A DNA stretch of 64,000 nucleotides, from the NCBI GenBank assembly GCA_013265495.1, contig MU057801.1, forward strand, positions 248,001 to 312,000, given 5' to 3'. Origin of the DNA: Vicugna vicugna. Taxonomy: Eukaryota. Below are positions 38,535-50,537 of the stretch, one piece after another. A program made the translations under genes and the position numbers. The notes under the pieces were generated by a model. That model searched no databases. It was not told the origin of the DNA and was given only the letters and a program-made list of their open reading frames with translations. Every line of letters starts with the position of its first letter. The stretch's first letter is position 1.

Positions 38535-38830
38535 CCTCACTGGAGCTGGAGCTGTCAGTCTGGCTCGCAGAAGCTCATTGTTAAATCTTCAGGAACTTTG
38601 CAAACTGGTTGTTAAATGCAGCCACTGTTAAAAATTAAAATAAACAAACCAACAGTGGAATAAATTACTCAAAAAACAAAACTAATAGATACTCAAACTC
38701 ATTACTTTTAATTACTTTACTATGATTTGTCCTCTTGGGGTCATTTATGTCTGCGGTCTCTGTACAGAGGAAATACTGTAATGATGGCTACTGCACCTCT
38801 CTGCTCAGGGACGTCACAGCGAGAGCTCCC
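38535..38830. mobile_element. MER63-like hAT-Blackjack MITE
   Basis: attgttaaatcttcaggaactttgcaaactggttgttaaatgcagccactgttaaaaattaaaata. Confidence 0.65.
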
Positions 38831-41295
38831 AGTGGGCCACAGCAGGAGTATAGGCACCACAGAAACTGGCAAATGTCACAATCAGGCTTCTCGCCCTCAG
38901 GGTCTATTAGGTGTTAGCCGGCACACCACACTTCTAGGTCCAGGGATATCGAGGGACAGTACACTAAGCCTGGCCCTTCCCAAACCTGGCCGTGGCAGTC
39001 CCAGGCCACGCGTGTGGCTGGCCTGACAGCCGTGCCCATGCCGTGGGGGAAACCCTTGACTAAAGGTTTTTAACTGCGAGCACTTTCTCTGGCTTGATCA
39101 TTCCTCCGGGGAAGGTCTGAGCCATCACTGTGCTGCAGGTTGCTTTCCATAGCTTCATCCTTGTCATGTGGTGTTTGCTGCAAACTGAGATTTCAGGGCA
39201 GGGCCGTTGGAGGCCGAGGGCGGGTCCTAGAGCCAGACGGGCAGAGCGTCTGCCCTGGCATCACCCGCGGTGCGGGCAGCAGCCGTCCAAGTGGGCGGCG
39301 CCGACCCGTGGGTGGGCAGAGCCTGCCAGCACAGCCGTGCCCTCGGCAGCAGGCAGAAGGGGTCAGAGCTGGCAGGGGCCACAGCAAGGGCACCTCACCG
39401 TGGAGTGTTGTCACCCAGAAGGGGTGGCGACTGTAGGGCTTTTTAGATGGAAGCATGAATGGTACCATGCTCACGGCCTGTAAATGGACCTGCTGGTGAA
39501 GATGAGGCCACGGCACGTGTGGTTTTCTAGCGATCTGAGCCTGATCCACCATTGTTGCAGTCCTCCCAGGAAAAACCTGAACAGCAACACACTCCTGGCT
39601 TTGCTCTCAGTGTAGGAGAATTAAAGACCCCTTTGTGGTGGAAAGTGCGGGGTGCCTGGCAGATGGACAGCAGCCAGCAATCGATGCCTTTTCACTGTAC
39701 AGGTTAAAAAAAAAAAGCCCATCAAGTCAATTTATTTTTCCAAAAAACACACACGCACAAGGAAGCATTGGAATACTCCCACAAATTCATACTGAAGAAC
39801 AGTGTTTCTCATACCAGAATAGTGACTTCACAGAAGCCCGAAGGGGAAAGCAGACACCTCCACCGTGCGTCCCTGCCCCGATGAGTCCATAATTCTGAAC
39901 TTTTGTGAGTCGTCACAGCCCGGGGTGAGTGATGAGGACATAACAGGTTGCAGAATTGGAGAACGTTAAATCTTTGTTCCTAATGGCAAAACATGTTTCT
40001 CTCATTTTCATCAGAATGTGTGATCCCTGCCATTTGAAATCAGCCTCCAAACACAATGAGCCATAATAGCTCGTTACTAACAGTGGTCTTATAAATAATA
40101 CATTCTTATCACGCACACGCGCTCGCCGGGACGCCAGCGGAAGGTGTTTCAGGCCATCGACGTCGCGCTGCGCCAGCGTGGCTGTAGTCAGGAGGACATC
40201 TCCATGTGAACCAAGACGCGTGCCAATTTCTCCTGCCGAGAGGGGGGCTGGCCGCCTCTCACCGCACACATGGTAGATGGATTGGCTAATCAGCGTCTGC
40301 TGAGTCTTGGGCCTAAAATTACAGAGAAGCCAGACTAACTGCGGTTCCACAGCCTTTGTTCACGAGTGCAAACAAGACAAACAATCCCTTGTTATTTGGG
40401 GAAGAAATTAAAATGTTTGTTTTGGACTTTTGTTAAAGTGTCGGTGGCTCTATAAAACAGCTGCGTAAATCCAGCCTCTCACGGCTAGTATTTTGGGGGT
40501 TCTGTAAAGAGAAGAACACATGTGGAAAAATTAATCTTGAAAAATTCCTTTTGCGTCCCAGTTTGGGAGTAAAATACAGGGCATCTTACATTGACTTTCC
40601 AAGCACATGTTTGAGAAGAAATGGTTTTCAATCAGAAGATACATTTGGGAACAAATAGTTTAATACATCATTTTTTCCCCTGTGTTGTTTAAAAGAGTGA
40701 GCATTTTTGTAGCTTCTTTCTCTAAGAGGTTACAGTGTGAACCGTTTTTTTCTGACTGGGCGTTTATAGAATGATGCTGCATTCTTAGACACAGAGAATG
40801 CTAATGACTCTCGAGTTCTCTTCTGCTTCCTGGATGGAACTGTCTCGAGAAATAAAGCCTGAACACCGGAAGGACTGGAACCAGTGATGCTGGTCTCTTG
40901 TAAGAGCTGTGAAAGTCGAGTCAGTCACCAGAATTTGCTTAAAACCCACATAAGAATCAAAGGGATTATTTATGTGAGAGTTATTTTTCTCCCCCCCAGT
41001 TTTATTGATATAACTGACATACCACATGGTATAAGTTCAAGGTGTACAACGCAGTATTTTGATCTATGTACACATCACAAAATAGTTACCATCCATGAGT
41101 TACCTTAAGAACTGTGCATCCTCTCATGCCTCTTTTAAGGTTTTAAGTGTTTTCCTTGCAGAGAAGAATGAAATACAGAATTACTGATGGGACATAACAA
41201 AGAATTTCAATCACAGTCATCTCTCAATGTGGTATTAAAATTTGATAGAATTAAAATTTGTTGTTAATTTATAATATTTCAGTCTCAGATCAGCT

Positions 41296-42089
41296 TGTTA
41301 CTGAAAGTTCAGCTCTTTCCTCTCCTCACACTTGTGACACCAGATGTGTTGCGTTTTTCTCACACAGACAACTCTCTAGACACCAGCTGGTGTCCTGCAG
41401 TTTAATTCACTTCTGACACCGCCCAGACTTAGTGCAGACCGCACAGTTTAAGGGCTCAGGCCCACAAGACTGCCCCCTTTTTAGATGCCAGTCACAAGCC
41501 CCAGGTTGTCACCTGTATGTTTAACTGACTGGCCGTAAATCAGGGGCTCCCATGACTCCCTCCTCGGGTTTGACAATTTGCTGGAAGGGCCAGCAGAACT
41601 CAGGGAAACACTTATTATCATCAGTTCAGTTCGTTGTAAAGGATGCAATTAAGGAACAGCCAAACGGAAGAGATGCGTGAGGCAAGGCAGGGAGGAGGGG
41701 TGTGGGGCTCCCATGCCCTCCTGGACACGCCAGTGCCCAGCACCTCTGTGTTCAGCAGCCTGGAAACTCCTGGTCCCCATTGTGTAGGGGGTTTTATGGT
41801 GTTTCCATTAGTGATTGATGAAATCACTGGCCATTGGTGATTGAACTCAACTCCAGCCCGTCTCCCCTTCCTGGAGGTTGGGGGGCAGGGCTGAAAGTTC
41901 CAACCCTCTGATCGCGTGGTAACCCACTGCCGTTCTCCCACAGTCACCTCATCAGCCTCACCTCAGGCATGGTTGGAAGGGGCTTATTATGAAAAAGAAA
42001 AGATGCTCCTCCCAGGAAAGTTTAAGTGTTTTAGGAGCTCTGTGCCAAGAGTGTGGGATGGAGACCAAATTTTTTAAAATTACATCACA
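41296..42089 (-). mobile_element. MER21-like LTR
   Basis: gacaccagctggtgtcctgcagtttaattcacttctgacacc...acaagactgccccc...ggctgaaagttccaaccctct; a related + strand fragment lies at ~23490-23705. Confidence 0.78.
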
Positions 42090-42479
42090 TCTCATACTCA
42101 TCTTCCCACTTACATATTCCTCATCGAAGACCTAAAATCATGAGGCCATTGCGAGAGGCTCAGAATCAGGCAGGATGCGGCAGGTGATGTGGTTATAGCT
42201 CAGACCCACCTGGGGAACCAGCGAGATGAGCTTACCTCACTTGAACTTTCCCACTAAACCCCCGTCCTCACATCCCCTCCATCCAGTCAAGTGAGTGAGT
42301 TCCAGAAAATTGAAGAGTTCCCGCCTGATGAGGGGCGAATGACCATGAACTTCTCTGTGACTCGGGGGTCCATCAGATGGACCCTGAAGCAGTGGCGAGC
42401 CTTGCTGAGAACTGCGCGGTGGAGGGGAGGAGCTGGGCGGGAGGGCTGGGCTTGCCCGAGGGAAATGGCAAGGGCAGGG

Positions 42480-43140
42480 GCAGGCAGGGGCGCTGTCTGC
42501 GCGGAGCTCTGACTCGTTTTCCCTCAAGAGCCTCCTGCCAGCGTCCCGGGGTTACAGACCCCCCGGGCCTGTCCGCAGTGGCCGGTCACCGCCTGGCTGC
42601 GCACTGGGCTGGGCGCCGGGGGCCCGGGGCGGGGCTCGTGCGGGCCTCACGCTGGGAATCCGCCGGAGGGCTGACAGTGACCGGCGCGCCGGGTGTTGCA
42701 GGTGGAAGGCGCGGCTGTCGGCTTCATGAGCGTGTGCTCCAGGGTGAACATGCAGCTCCTGCACGAGTGCTTCGACCTGGGGCCCTTCCACGGACTCTGC
42801 ACTCCTCATCCCGACGACGTCCTGCGACCGCCGCCGAAGCCCGGCCTCCGGGGGAGCCCAGGTACGCGGCCCTCGCAGGCGCGCCCGGCCGTGCCCTGGG
42901 GCGCGGTCCCAGCGCTGCCCGCAGCCCCCTGGCAGGAGTGGGTCCCGCGGCCGGGCGCGCCCTCGTGCACATGCGCGCAGCACAGACACCGCGGCCCTGC
43001 CGCTTAGGGTTCCTGAATTCGGGGCGACGGCCCTCCGCGTGTGCGCTGGTGGAGGAGCGCCGAGCTGCGGTGAGATAGCGGACGGCCTCCAGGGTTTTAC
43101 CCGCACGCGCGCGCACAGCACGAAGCCCGAATACAGGCGA
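42480..43140. promoter_or_regulatory. Intragenic CpG island spanning the 42702-42861 exon
   Basis: Dense CpG; GC boxes (ggggcggggc); NRF1-like GCACATGCGCGCA near 42967. Confidence 0.8.
42702..42861 (+). CDS. CFAP61: CFAP61 coding exon (VEGAAVGFMSVCSRVNMQLLHECFDLGPFHGLCTPHPDDVLRPPPKPGLRGSP); gene continues beyond the window
   Basis: ttgcag acceptor, GTACGC donor, 160 nt; matches recalled human VEGTAVGFMSVCSRVNMQLLHECFDLGPFHGLC. Confidence 0.95.
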
Positions 43141-43379
43141 GTTCTTCAAGTCAAGACCTCGAGAAATTCTACGTGCCGTTAAGTTTTTATTTCTTATATT
43201 GAGGTATGGTTGATTCACAGTGCTGTTAGTTTCAGGTGCTCCGCAAAAGGCTTCAGTTATACGTTTGTCTATATCCTTTTCCACATAAGCCTTTATGTTT
43301 TCATCCCAGCAGTTAGCACTTCCGTTTACGTCTTCAACGAATTGTTATGTGGTACGGGTCTACTGCAAGTTGTCATTTT

Positions 43380-43670
43380 TAAAAATTGAAGTGTAGTTAA
43401 TTTACAATATTGGTTAGTTTCCGGTAGACAGCAGATTGATTCAGTTATACACATATATCTGTTCTTTTTCAGATTCTTTTCCATTAAAAGTTATTCCAGG
43501 ATACTGAGTACAGTTCCCCATGCTGTACAGCAGGTCCGTGTTGTTTATTCTATATACGGCGTGTGTGTCTGTTCCTCCCAATCAGTACAAAAGGGAACCA
43601 CTGCTGCCTTTCCCCTTTGGTAACCGTTAAGTTTGTTTTCTTTGTCTGTGAGTCTGTTTCTATCTTTTTA
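43380..43670 (-). mobile_element. L1 3' end fragment (another at ~43185-43290)
   Basis: aattgaagtgtagttaatttacaatatt...cccctttggtaaccgttaagtttgttttc. Confidence 0.85.
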
Positions 43671-43674
43671 AAAA

Positions 43675-43796
43675 TTTTTTTGAGGGGGGATAATTAAATT
43701 TACTTATTTATTTTTTTTTAGCGGAGGTGCTGGGGACTGAACCTAGGACCTCGTGTGTGCTAAGCACGTGCTCTGCCACTGAGCTGTACCCTCCCC
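43675..43796 (-). mobile_element. Vic-1-type SINE
   Basis: ggaggtgctggggactgaacctaggacctcgtgtgtgctaagcacgtgctctgccactgagctgtaccctcccc. Confidence 0.88.
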
Positions 43797-44719
43797 ACAA
43801 CAGGTTGTCTTTTTTCTTTTAAATCACAAAGCAAGTCTGTTTATCAAGTTGTCATTTTTGACTTGCTTAACTTATTTCTAGCCACATGCAATAGTAAAAC
43901 AGATTTTAAAAAACTGTCTGTATTAGAATTTCCACCACGTGACATCAGGTAATCTCGAACTTTGGCATTTTAATTTAACGAGATCTCACTGCACCCATGA
44001 GTATGTTTGAGGTTAAGGATTTCAGTTCTGAAATCAGGCAGATGCAGGCAGGGTGTGTTAATTCACTTCTCTAAACCTGGGGTTTTTTTTGTTTGTAAAA
44101 CAGGAATATTTTACAGGGGCGTGTGGGGCCTCACCGAGGTTGCCCGCGTTCAGGGCGTCACCCAGGGCCCCGGGGAGCTCTGTGCTCAGTCAGTGTAGAG
44201 CATCATCGTGGGCAGTCGTTGTCCTCACTCTGTGTTCGGCCTTTCACCTGAGTCTTCCCAGGCTAAAATCAGGGCATCCTGAATTGCTCTGCCTTCCTGG
44301 GTCTGAAAGATTATACCAAGACCTTTCAAAACCAGGAAGAGGAGCATGCTGGGCGTGGCAGGGGTTGATTCGGTGGATCCTGTCTGCTGGGCGGGAAAGC
44401 AAGTGCGTGAATCTGCAGTGCTCACCTGATGTTCACACTCCTTACGAAGAACCCGCAGAGCCCAGGTGGAGAGGCTGATGGTAACACTTTCCCCGGAAGA
44501 AAGGTCGGAGGTCACTGCTGTCTCACGGTGAAGTCTGGCTTGCCCGCGTTCTCAGCAAAGGGGCTAGGAGTGTTCTGAAGGAACTTGCCAGCGTGAGGCA
44601 ATTCTGAAAAATAAGTTATCGTTGTCACTTTTAAATGCATAAATTCTTCCTGAAGACAGCGTTAAATAGGTTTTTTGGCTCTGTTTTCTCATGTATAAAA
44701 TGGAGCTAAAAATCGTCTC

Positions 44720-44773
44720 TAACCCATATCTTGTAATAATCTGTAATGGAAAAGAATCTGAATAAGAATATAT

Positions 44774-44816
<43 letters not shown>

Positions 44817-44882
44817 AAACTGAATCGCTTTGCTGTACATCTGAAACACTGTAAATCAACTGTTCTTCAATTAAAAAAAAAT
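44720..44882 (+). mobile_element. L1 3' terminal fragment containing a (TG)n microsatellite (~44776-44812)
   Basis: ctgtaatggaaaagaatctg...ctgaatcgctttgctgtacatctgaaac...tcaattaaaaaaaa. Confidence 0.85.
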
Positions 44883-45028
44883 AGTATCCAACCCAAAGAG
44901 TTGTTGGGAAGATGAAATGTTAGAAACTACATGATATACTTAGCTCTCTGCCAAGCACAGAGTAAGTTCAAAAACAATGTAAGTTGTCCCCCTACCCCCA
45001 TGACTGCTGTAATTAAAAATTAGTTAAA

Positions 45029-45197
45029 GGGGTGAGGGTGTAGCTCAGTGGTAGAGCACGTGCTTAGCATGCCTGTTGTCCTGGATTCAATCCCCAGCAC
45101 CTCTGTTAAAAAATAGATATAAATAAATAAACCTAATTACTGCCCCCAATTTTATTTTAATTAAAAAAATTTAAAAAGAGAAATGCAAATAAAACTT
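45029..45197 (+). mobile_element. Vic-1-type SINE
   Basis: GGGGTGAGGGTGTAGCTCAGTGGTAGAGCACGTGCTTAGCATGC; TSD aaaaattagtt. Confidence 0.88.
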
Positions 45198-46199
45198 AAA
45201 AAAATTAGTTGAAAAGATATTGTCCTTTCTAGTGTGTTTCTGAATGGCTTTGAAGCTACACAGAATGACTGGGAAATTTCTACCTTAGAAACTTTATGGA
45301 CAGAAACAAAATTCAAAATTGAAGCAGAACCCTGGACTTAAAAACAGACATAATCTAGTATATTGTTCCCAGAGATACAGAAGCTGAGAGAAGCCTTACT
45401 TCTCGCTACTGCCTCTAATATTTTTCCTTAAAATTAGTTGATCTGGGACAGGATGGTGAGTCAAAAACATAGGAAAACTTCTCTTGTTATTTTGTGTGCC
45501 TTGTTTATTTTTGAAAATCCAGCTTTATGTTCACTGATAAAAGGGTGATTATGACATTGTCACCAGGGAGCACCGTTGTAGACTTCCAGATGACTCGGGC
45601 GTGGATCCCCGAATCAGCAGCAGCTCCTTGTGTCTAAGGAAAGGGTCATCACACATCTTGCTGCCGTCTTCCCATCAACCGCAACAGAGAATGAGGCTCC
45701 AGGGGAAATCTGAAATGTGCTATGATCCACGTTCATTTTCTTCCTGATGAAAGTCTCAAGTTAAAGTGAATATAATTTCCCTAAAAAAGGAGCTAAAATT
45801 CTTGTCTCGGTGGGCGCACATCATTGTGCTTCACACCTTGGATTTTGCTCAGTGCTTTTTATTTTTCAAAGGATTTTCGTATGTATTACCTCGTTTTGTC
45901 CTTATAACTTGATGTCAGAGGCAGGTGACACCTGCCCAAGCCCACAGAAGGTCTCACGATCACAGCTCCTTGGGGGCTGCCCCAGACCCCCACCTGGCTG
46001 TCTGCTTCCCAGGTGACTTTTGGTCTTGGGTGGCTGTGATTGAAAACTCCAGTGGCGGGTCTACTACACAAATCTGCTGTCAGCTTTTTCACTTCAATGA
46101 GGTATTTCGTGAGTTACCACTCTAAGGAGTTCTCAGTGACCTGTGTGTATGCGAGCCTTGGACCGCTCCATCTTCTGGAATCTTCACCTCTGTGTCTGT

Positions 46200-46705
46200 G
46201 AGGTTGGCCAGGCCAGTCTGCCCAGTGCTGGAGGCAGGCCGGGAGTGCCAGGAAATTGACACCCCAGGAGCAGCCTCTGGCCCCCTGTTTCTTGTCCCTG
46301 CCTCATACTGCTACTTTCTCAGTCAGCTCCCAAATAAACCGTTGTGCTCAAATCCTTGATTCAGGGTCTGCTTCGGAGGGAACCCACATCAGGACACTAC
46401 TGATCTAGTCTTTCCCCAGCAGCTGTGAACATGTTTACTTACACACAACTGACAGGGGTCAGGGTATAACTACCCCGGCTCCCTCACCCCTCGGGTAGGA
46501 TGGCTCTGAGACGCGAGCTTCGTACCGCTGCTCAGAGTTCCTCCAGGAGGAAGTGCTCCAGCTGGCAATCTGTGTGATGGCACAGGTTTTATTAGCGGCT
46601 TTCCCTTCCCATTCTGTCTTCATCATCACCCTACTGGTGCTTCCTGGAATCACCTCCCAAATAAGCTACTTGTTCTCTAATCTTTGACTCAGGTCTGGTC
46701 TTTTC
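46200..46705 (+). mobile_element. Two old ERVL-type (LTR16/33-like) LTR remnants
   Basis: The 3' motif ctcccaaataa(a/g)c...aatc(c/t)ttga(t/c)tcagg occurs twice. Confidence 0.55.
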
Positions 46706-47982
46706 CCACTAGCTGTGAAACTTGCGTTTCCATAGTAGCCTCAGCCCTTCCAAGCAGAATAACAACGTCGCAGCTCAACCCTCCTGAGCTCGTGCGTGGT
46801 CCTCCTTCCTTGGCTGCTACACGCGCTGTGATCAGCCTGCTGTCTCATCGTTTCAGTGTGTCGGAAGTTTCCATCGGACCTAAGAAGTCTGACCATGCAC
46901 CTTCACTTTGCATTCTACTGGAACAATCTGCACATGATCCCTTTTTTAGCCACCAATTCTGCATGCATGAGTTATTACACACACTTGTAAATTTTGGTTT
47001 TTATCTACTACACCTGAGGACTAAACTGGGACCAATGGGAAAAAAGTCTAAGGATGCAGATTTTGTCCCAGTATTACAGGGAAAATCATGTAAACGTTTA
47101 TTTTTTTAATTAAGTAGAATACCTAGTTTAGAAGTAGCAAGTTCCCCAAATACTGGAAGAATTCAAAGTCACAGATGCTCAGAAAAGAGCTTTGTGCTTG
47201 TGTGGGAGATTGTCCTAGATGAGATGTAAGACCCTTCAAGTGCCAAGAGTCTCTGAAAGCTTAGTGAACACACATCAGGATGTTCCGTGTGCTGGCAGTT
47301 TATGAATATTTTTCCTTCAGTGACAAAATAATATTTTTTTCCCCTGTTGGCTCCACCACTGGCCCTGCCCAGCACTTTCAAATCAAGCTGTGTTTTTTGT
47401 TCACGGCAACATCACAATGAAGACTTTGGAATCAGAACTGAGCTGGCCACTTTCTTGATGATGCATAAGGCGAAATCGGGCATGGCCTGCATTTGCCCAG
47501 CTGTACTGGCATCGACATGTTTATTAGTTAAAATTTAAAAAGATAAAAACAAAATTTTTGTTTGTCATGTAGGCCAATGGGACCTGCGGAGCAGGAAAGA
47601 GCCCTGTGGGTGACACTCGTTATGCACGTGGGCCCCACCACGCAGAGGCTCTGGAATGAGATGTGCCCCTGGCAGAGAGAAATGCAATGTCATGGAACAG
47701 AATTGGGGACTTCCAAAGGAATAGCCAATACAGACACCTAAAACCAACCCACCCAGGAAAAGTGCTGCTTACTGTACATTTAAAAGGCCTTTCAAAACAA
47801 AATTTTTGTAACATCTCCATATAAGACATAGCAATGTTGCCTTTTAAATTAAAAAAAAAATCACTCTGGTTGTCAGGAAATATTTCTTTATGTCGTATAT
47901 AAATTTCTTTTATTAAACTTACATTTGCTTCTTACCTCAGATTATCTGCTCTGCAAGGGGAGGAAACATCTGGAACTAAGAT

Positions 47983-48461
47983 TGTTGCCGGAGAATTGGT
48001 TCTTGTCTCGCATAGGAAAGAATTCAAGAGCGAGGCACAGTAAAGTGACAGCAAGTTTATTTAGAGACATACACACTCCATACGCAGAGTGTGGGCCATC
48101 CCAGGAGGCAAGAGAGGCGGCCCCAGGGTACGGGGTTGCTAGTTTTTGTGGGCTGGGTAATTTCATATGCCAGTAAGCGGGAGAATTAATCCAGGTGTTT
48201 TGGGGAAGGGGCAGGGATTTCCGGGAATTGGACCCCGTCTACTTTTTGGCCTTTTATGTCGGCCTGGGAACTGTCATGGGCCCTGAGGCGTGTCATTTAA
48301 CATGCTAATATATTACAATGAGCTTATAATGAAGCTCCAGGTCCACCGGAAGCCAGATCTGCTGCCATCTTGGGCCTTGTTGGCTCTAACCAGTTAAACT
48401 GTCCTCAGTTGCTGCGTCATTCTTTTAGTGGTTGTGCCTTGTCCCCTTCTCTCCTGTCTTA
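47983..48461 (-). mobile_element. ERV1-class solo LTR
   Basis: Starts TG, tttattt (poly-A signal on - strand), ends tgtctta; second half nearly identical to 52977-53322. Confidence 0.75.
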
Positions 48462-48749
48462 ATAAGTCACAGCTAAGAAACAGTGGCTAAATCAAGTCTT
48501 ACTTATCAAGTGGTGTATCGAACAGTCCAGGCCTCTTTGCCTCTTTTCCTACGGCTCTGTTTTATACGCCTGGGTTGTTTTCTGTTTTACTTCATTCTTT
48601 TAACATGGGTTCCAAATACGAATGAAATTCTCATCCACAGAGCATAGCAGTATTTCTGCCAGAATATTTGCATTATGTGTCTCAGACCATGTTGTTAGCG
48701 CCTGGTATGCTCTGTGGTCGTTGAACTAGTGACCCACTAGGACTCTGAG

Positions 48750-49111
48750 TTTGTTTGCATGATCAGTGCGGAGTTCCACACACTGAGGGGCTTAAACAGC
48801 AGAAATTCATTTTCTCACAGTCCTAGAGATGAGAAGTCCGAGAACAGGGTATGGGCGAGGCTGGTTTCTTCTGAGGCCGATCTCCTTGGCTTGTAGATGG
48901 CTGTCTCTCCCCTGTGTCTTCATGTGGTTCCCGTGTGTGTCCCAGTCTCCTCTTCCTACAAGGACACCAGTCCTATTGGCTTAGGGGCCCATCCATCTGA
49001 CCTCATTTCACTCTGTCTAAGGGCCCTTTCTCCAAAGATAGTCACATTCTGTGCTGTTAGGGGTTAGGACTTGAACATGAATTTTGTCAGGGGACAGTTC
49101 AGCCTGTAACA
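48750..49111 (-). mobile_element. MLT1A/B-type MaLR LTR
   Basis: ggcttaaacagcagaaattcattttctcacagtcct...aaggacaccagtcctattgg...gggttaggacttgaacatgaatttt. Confidence 0.85.
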
Positions 49112-49464
49112 CCTGGGATCCTGTGTCAGCCGTCCCCTGGTGCCCTGTGGCCAAGGCTGTAAGACTGGCAATAATGCGGATCGTGGCAGCAAAGTCCCCA
49201 CTACTTACTGCTCATACAAAGCCTCACGTGCTGACTCATATTTGTCACAATTTGAATTTCATCTTTTTTTTTAAACCATCAAATGTCTTTTTAGTATAGG
49301 AAGTCAACAAAATTGCGTTCTTCTAAAACTTTAGTCACTCTTACCAACTTTGTTTTTCTAGAATTAACTGTGTGGGTTCTAAAGCTTTGTAAAACATGTT
49401 GACAAAACAAATATATAATACCAGACCTTTCCCAGGCTGACACGATTCTCTCCAAGGTTGACAG

Positions 49465-50537
49465 TGTCAACAAAAAATTCATCAGTCCATCTAAGAAAGA
49501 AATGGAAAACTTTATTCCAGTCAAATTAAGGATTACCACCCAGGAACACCCTCTCAGAAAGCTTTGAGAAATGTTTCACCCCTTAGAGGTCAAAGCACAG
49601 TTACGTAGGTTTTTGAGACAGAAGACCATACGTTAAATGACGTAGATAGTTTGTGCAATCCAGATCTGTGAGTGTTCCCCAAAAACTGGGTTTGCCTCTT
49701 GGTGAATGTCAACAGCCAATCAACACAACCAAGCTGAAGCACTGGAGAAGGAAGGCTTTAGTATTTCTTGCAGCAAGTGAGGAGAACAGTAAGCTCTTTC
49801 CCAGAGCAGTGTCTCTGACAGCAGCACTGGGGAAGTTTTAAGCTAAAGGTACATGCATATTCATGAAGGTATATGCATATTCATGGAGGTACATGCATAT
49901 TCTTGAGCTGAGGAGAATTCAGCATAGAATTGGGGTCAAGGTGCACAGAGTCCAAGCCTTAGTTGATTGAAGTCAGGAGGGTCACTGTCATCATTCCTCC
50001 TGCACCTGGGCGGCGGCCTTGGCCCCTGCAGAACTCAAAGACTATATCAGATTATGCGCAGCCCTTGAGGAGGAACTCGGACTCTGGTTTATGCTGAACT
50101 ATTGTTTCCTGACTGTTTTTCCTTTGTTCCTGCCTTCTCTACTTCCCTTAGGGTCATTGATTACTAAGACCTGTTCAAGGGCAAAGCACTGTGGCCAAGC
50201 TTAGGTTACAAAATGGCTTAGAACAAAAATGGCTTCTCTTATGTCAAGAAAGCTGTTTCTGGTTCTCTCTCCCCAGGGAACTCCCTAACCTATGTGCTTA
50301 CGTAAGTACGAAGTGGTGGGTCATGTGACCCCTTACAAGCTCGAGAAGGAATGTTATCTTTTAAGGAGGGTCCTGGTGCTGGGAGAATGTTCTTTATGGT
50401 TGAGCAGATGTTTCTGCCAGTGGGGGTGGGGGGAGGCTAGTCAATGCATCATGCAGAGAGGAGGCCAAAGGGCAGAGAAGAATCTTTATGTTTAAGTTTT
50501 CCCTGATTTGCCTTAGAACACAGTTTTTACTTCATCA
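49465..50537 (-). mobile_element. ERV1-class LTR with a second LTR (49673-50302) nested inside
   Basis: Outer TG..CA with TSD acag/ccag; inner TG..CG with TSD tgag/taag. Confidence 0.7.
49847..49906. repeat. 3 x 20-bp tandem repeat aggta(c/t)atgcatattc(a/t)tg(a/g)
   Basis: Read directly from the sequence. Confidence 0.95.

Noticed and set aside
42291..42345. Peptide SEFQKIEEFPPD resembling the next CFAP61 exon (QKIVEELQEP)
   Set aside because: It lies upstream of the 42702 exon (wrong order), similarity is minimal and no acceptor fits. The next exon was not found in the window.
42377..43284. Long overlapping ORFs (233, 189, 186 aa)
   Set aside because: Stop-poor frames in a CpG island; low-complexity R/A/G/P content. 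Only 42702-42861 matches a known protein and has splice sites.
49847..49906. CRISPR-like array or other prokaryotic system
   Set aside because: Units are head-to-tail without spacers. The whole window is mammalian intron/exon DNA with no cas or operon-like ORFs.
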